Below, piece by piece: positions 61,680 through 63,021 of a stretch of 63,021 nucleotides of DNA. The DNA lies in NCBI GenBank assembly GCA_036834865.1, contig DAITNC010000002.1, forward strand, positions 1-63,021, in the 5' to 3' direction. The notes beneath the pieces are model-generated. The model was not told the origin of the DNA. It did not search any database and saw nothing but the letters and a program-made list of their open reading frames with translations. The stretch is from Candidatus Limnocylindrales bacterium (GTDB lineage: Bacteria > Chloroflexota > Limnocylindria > Limnocylindrales > CSP1-4). The translations under genes and the position numbers were made by a program. Position 1 is the stretch's first letter; every line of letters starts with the position of its first letter.

Positions 61680-62371
61680 GTGGGCTCCCGGAGCCTGTAG
61701 CCGACCCCGCGGACGGTCTCGATGAAGCGGGGTCGGGCAGGGTCGTCGCCGAGCTTGCGCCGCAGGTTCGCGACGTGCACGTCGACCAGGTGGTCGTCGG
61801 CGACGAACGCCGGGCCCCAGACCCGGTCGAGAAGCGCCTGGCGACGGATGACGACGCCAGGATCGCGGGCGAGGACGGCAAGCAGGTCGAACTCGAGGGC
61901 GGTCAGCTCGACGGCCGTGCCGTCCACTCGGACCGCGCGGCGCGGCTCGTCAAGGTCGAGGCCGGCCGGGGTGGCCGGCGCGACGGATGCCTCATTCCGG
62001 GGCCGGCGGAGGAGCGCCTTGACCCGCGCAACCAGCTCCCGCGGCGAGAACGGCTTGACGAGATAGTCGTCCGCCCCAACGGTGAGGCCCATGATCCGGT
62101 CGATCTCCTCGCCGCGGGCGGTGAGCATCAGGACGTACGCGTTCGAGAAGGCGCGGAGCTGCCGGCAGACCTCGATTCCGTCGATGCCGGGGAGCATGAC
62201 GTCGAGTACGACGACATCGGGATTCCCCGCCCGCACAGCAGCGAGGCCAGCCGGGCCGTCGGCCGCCGTGTCGACCTCGAACCCGTCTCGTTCCAGGTAC
62301 CCGCGGACGAGGTCGAGGATCGGGACCTCGTCGTCCACGACGAGGATGCGGCCCGGGTTCGGGAGTGCCAT
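61676..62371 (-). CDS. OmpR/PhoB-family response regulator
   Basis: From ATG at 62371: MALPNPGRILVVDDE..VVVLDVMLPGIDG..MLTARG..GADDYLVKPF (receiver). LTALEFDLL..VDVHVANLRRKL..IETVRGVGYRL is the winged-helix output. The upstream 205 codons of the ORF track entry are non-coding by composition. Confidence 0.9.
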   Translation of the reverse strand: MALPNPGRILVVDDEVPILDLVRGYLERDGFEVDTAADGPAGLAAVRAGNPDVVVLDVMLPGIDGIEVCRQLRAFSNAYVLMLTARGEEIDRIMGLTVGADDYLVKPFSPRELVARVKALLRRPRNEASVAPATPAGLDLDEPRRAVRVDGTAVELTALEFDLLAVLARDPGVVIRRQALLDRVWGPAFVADDHLVDVHVANLRRKLGDDPARPRFIETVRGVGYRLREPT

Positions 62372-62635
62372 GCGCAGAGAGTCGGGCAGATGCGGCGAAG
62401 ACGCAACCGCCGTTCGGCATAGCCGATGCGAAGTCCGTGAAGAGTGGCCCCGGCCGAGCCCGGGCCTTGCGCCGCGCCCGCCGCTTTCGTCGACGCGGGC
62501 TGGTACCCTCGGTCCGCCGACGGGCCTCGACCACGCGGAGCGGTGGCAGCGCGGTCGAATGCGGCGGCCTCGAAACACGCTCGTATGACCTAACCGCACC
62601 ACCGACAGGCTCAGGACCGCCGGGATTGGACCGTT

Positions 62636-62668
62636 GTGTGGGCCATAGGCCACACCGTAGGCCACACC
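62636..62668. repeat. Nested repeat: GTGTGGGCC-ATA-GGCCACACC-GTA-GGCCACACC
   Basis: Tandem 12-mers (A/G)TAGGCCACACC lie at 62645-56 and 62657-68. The preceding GTGTGGGCC (62636-44) is an imperfect complement of either GGCCACAC copy, which allows two mutually exclusive hairpins. Confidence 0.8.
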
Positions 62669-63021
62669 TCCGGCGGGCTGTCCATCCGGGTCCGGAGAGG
62701 TCGCGGGACAACGATGAAGGCCTCCGGGCAACGCCATGAGCGTGTTGCTTGCGCGCTGAGACGACCCCGAGGTCGCGTCCTGGATTCGCGTCGACGGGAT
62801 CACCCAGGCGGAGACTGACGGGACAGGTAGGCCCCGTGCGGGCTGGCCAAAGCGCGGCAGCTTCCGGCAGCCGGTGAAGGCAAGGCCGGCGAGATGCTCA
62901 TCGAGGTGCGCCGGGCGGGCGAACTGTGCGCTGGCCCGCTTCGGGATCAGCCAGCCGCAATCGTCAGTCGCGGTGCCCGGGGACATGACGAACCTTCATG
63001 ACTCCGTCGCGTGTTGACAGC

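Noticed and set aside
62725-62800. TPP (THI-box) riboswitch-like string on the plus strand: GGG..hairpin..CTGAGA(62756)..ACCC(62764)..CCTGGAT(62779)..GGGA(62796).
   Set aside because: The pyrophosphate-sensor helix (ACCTGATCYGG..loop..CCRGCG-AGGGA) cannot be formed. There is no thiamine-related or any convincing ORF downstream on the plus strand. The resemblance rests on two short words.
62372-63021. Checked this ORF-poor region for RNase P RNA, tmRNA, SRP/4.5S RNA, a tRNA and a cobalamin riboswitch.
   Set aside because: None of the conserved cores I remember is present on either strand: GGAAAGTCCGGGC, ACAGAACCCGGCTTA, GGTTCGA T-arm with CCA end, GGAAGCAGCC, and the B12 box. TGTCCCGCGAC is only a loose look-alike of the cobalamin core.
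56199-63021. Whether the metal-gene neighbourhood is a horizontally acquired island or mobile element.
   Set aside because: No integrase, transposase, tRNA attachment site, flanking direct repeats or sharp compositional boundary is visible. Only a mild GC dip appears around the fur-like and NiCoT genes.

Overview
Very GC-rich (about 70% by eye), densely packed chromosomal segment. I count about 58 protein-coding genes. Many are joined by 4-nt ATGA/GTGA start/stop overlaps. I recognised no rRNA, tRNA, CRISPR array, transposase, integrase or prophage gene. The gene content is compatible with an actinobacterial or Chloroflexota-like organism, but taxonomy cannot be fixed from sequence alone. This content includes class I LysRS, H+-PPase, Lhr helicase, a GT87/DUF2029 protein and BMP-type nucleoside ABC genes.

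Most of the window is core metabolism and housekeeping:
- partial tnaA-like lyase plus transporter
- a DUF2089/DUF4097 envelope-stress-type operon
- yyaL-like thioredoxin protein, tatA, and an HDAC-family amidohydrolase
- a divergent ClpP-like protease followed by lhr
- azlCD, ggt, degV, gdhA
- a coaX-coaBC-panB-panC operon
- a nupNOPQ-like ABC transporter
- M16 peptidase and ndk
- lepB with two odd membrane proteins
- hppA, uppP, argR, greA, lysK-serS
- a secreted glucosaminidase

The last 7 kb is a metal-homeostasis neighbourhood. It holds an HMA/membrane/cupredoxin fusion, a Met/Trp-repeat cupredoxin, a SHOCT protein, a Fur-family regulator facing a NiCoT transporter, and an OmpR-type two-component system.

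The most interesting signals are non-coding:
1. The same phased direct-repeat box (nCTTGAsS-N3-nCTTGAsS) lies 85-89 nt upstream of both copper-type operons.
2. A 339-nt gdhA leader carries an array of CGTCCCG heptamers.
3. A 13-bp direct repeat with 21-bp phasing sits just upstream of a good hppA promoter.
4. A roughly 650-bp ORF-poor stretch with nested repeats lies upstream of the two-component system.

All family calls come from motif recognition by eye. No database search was possible.
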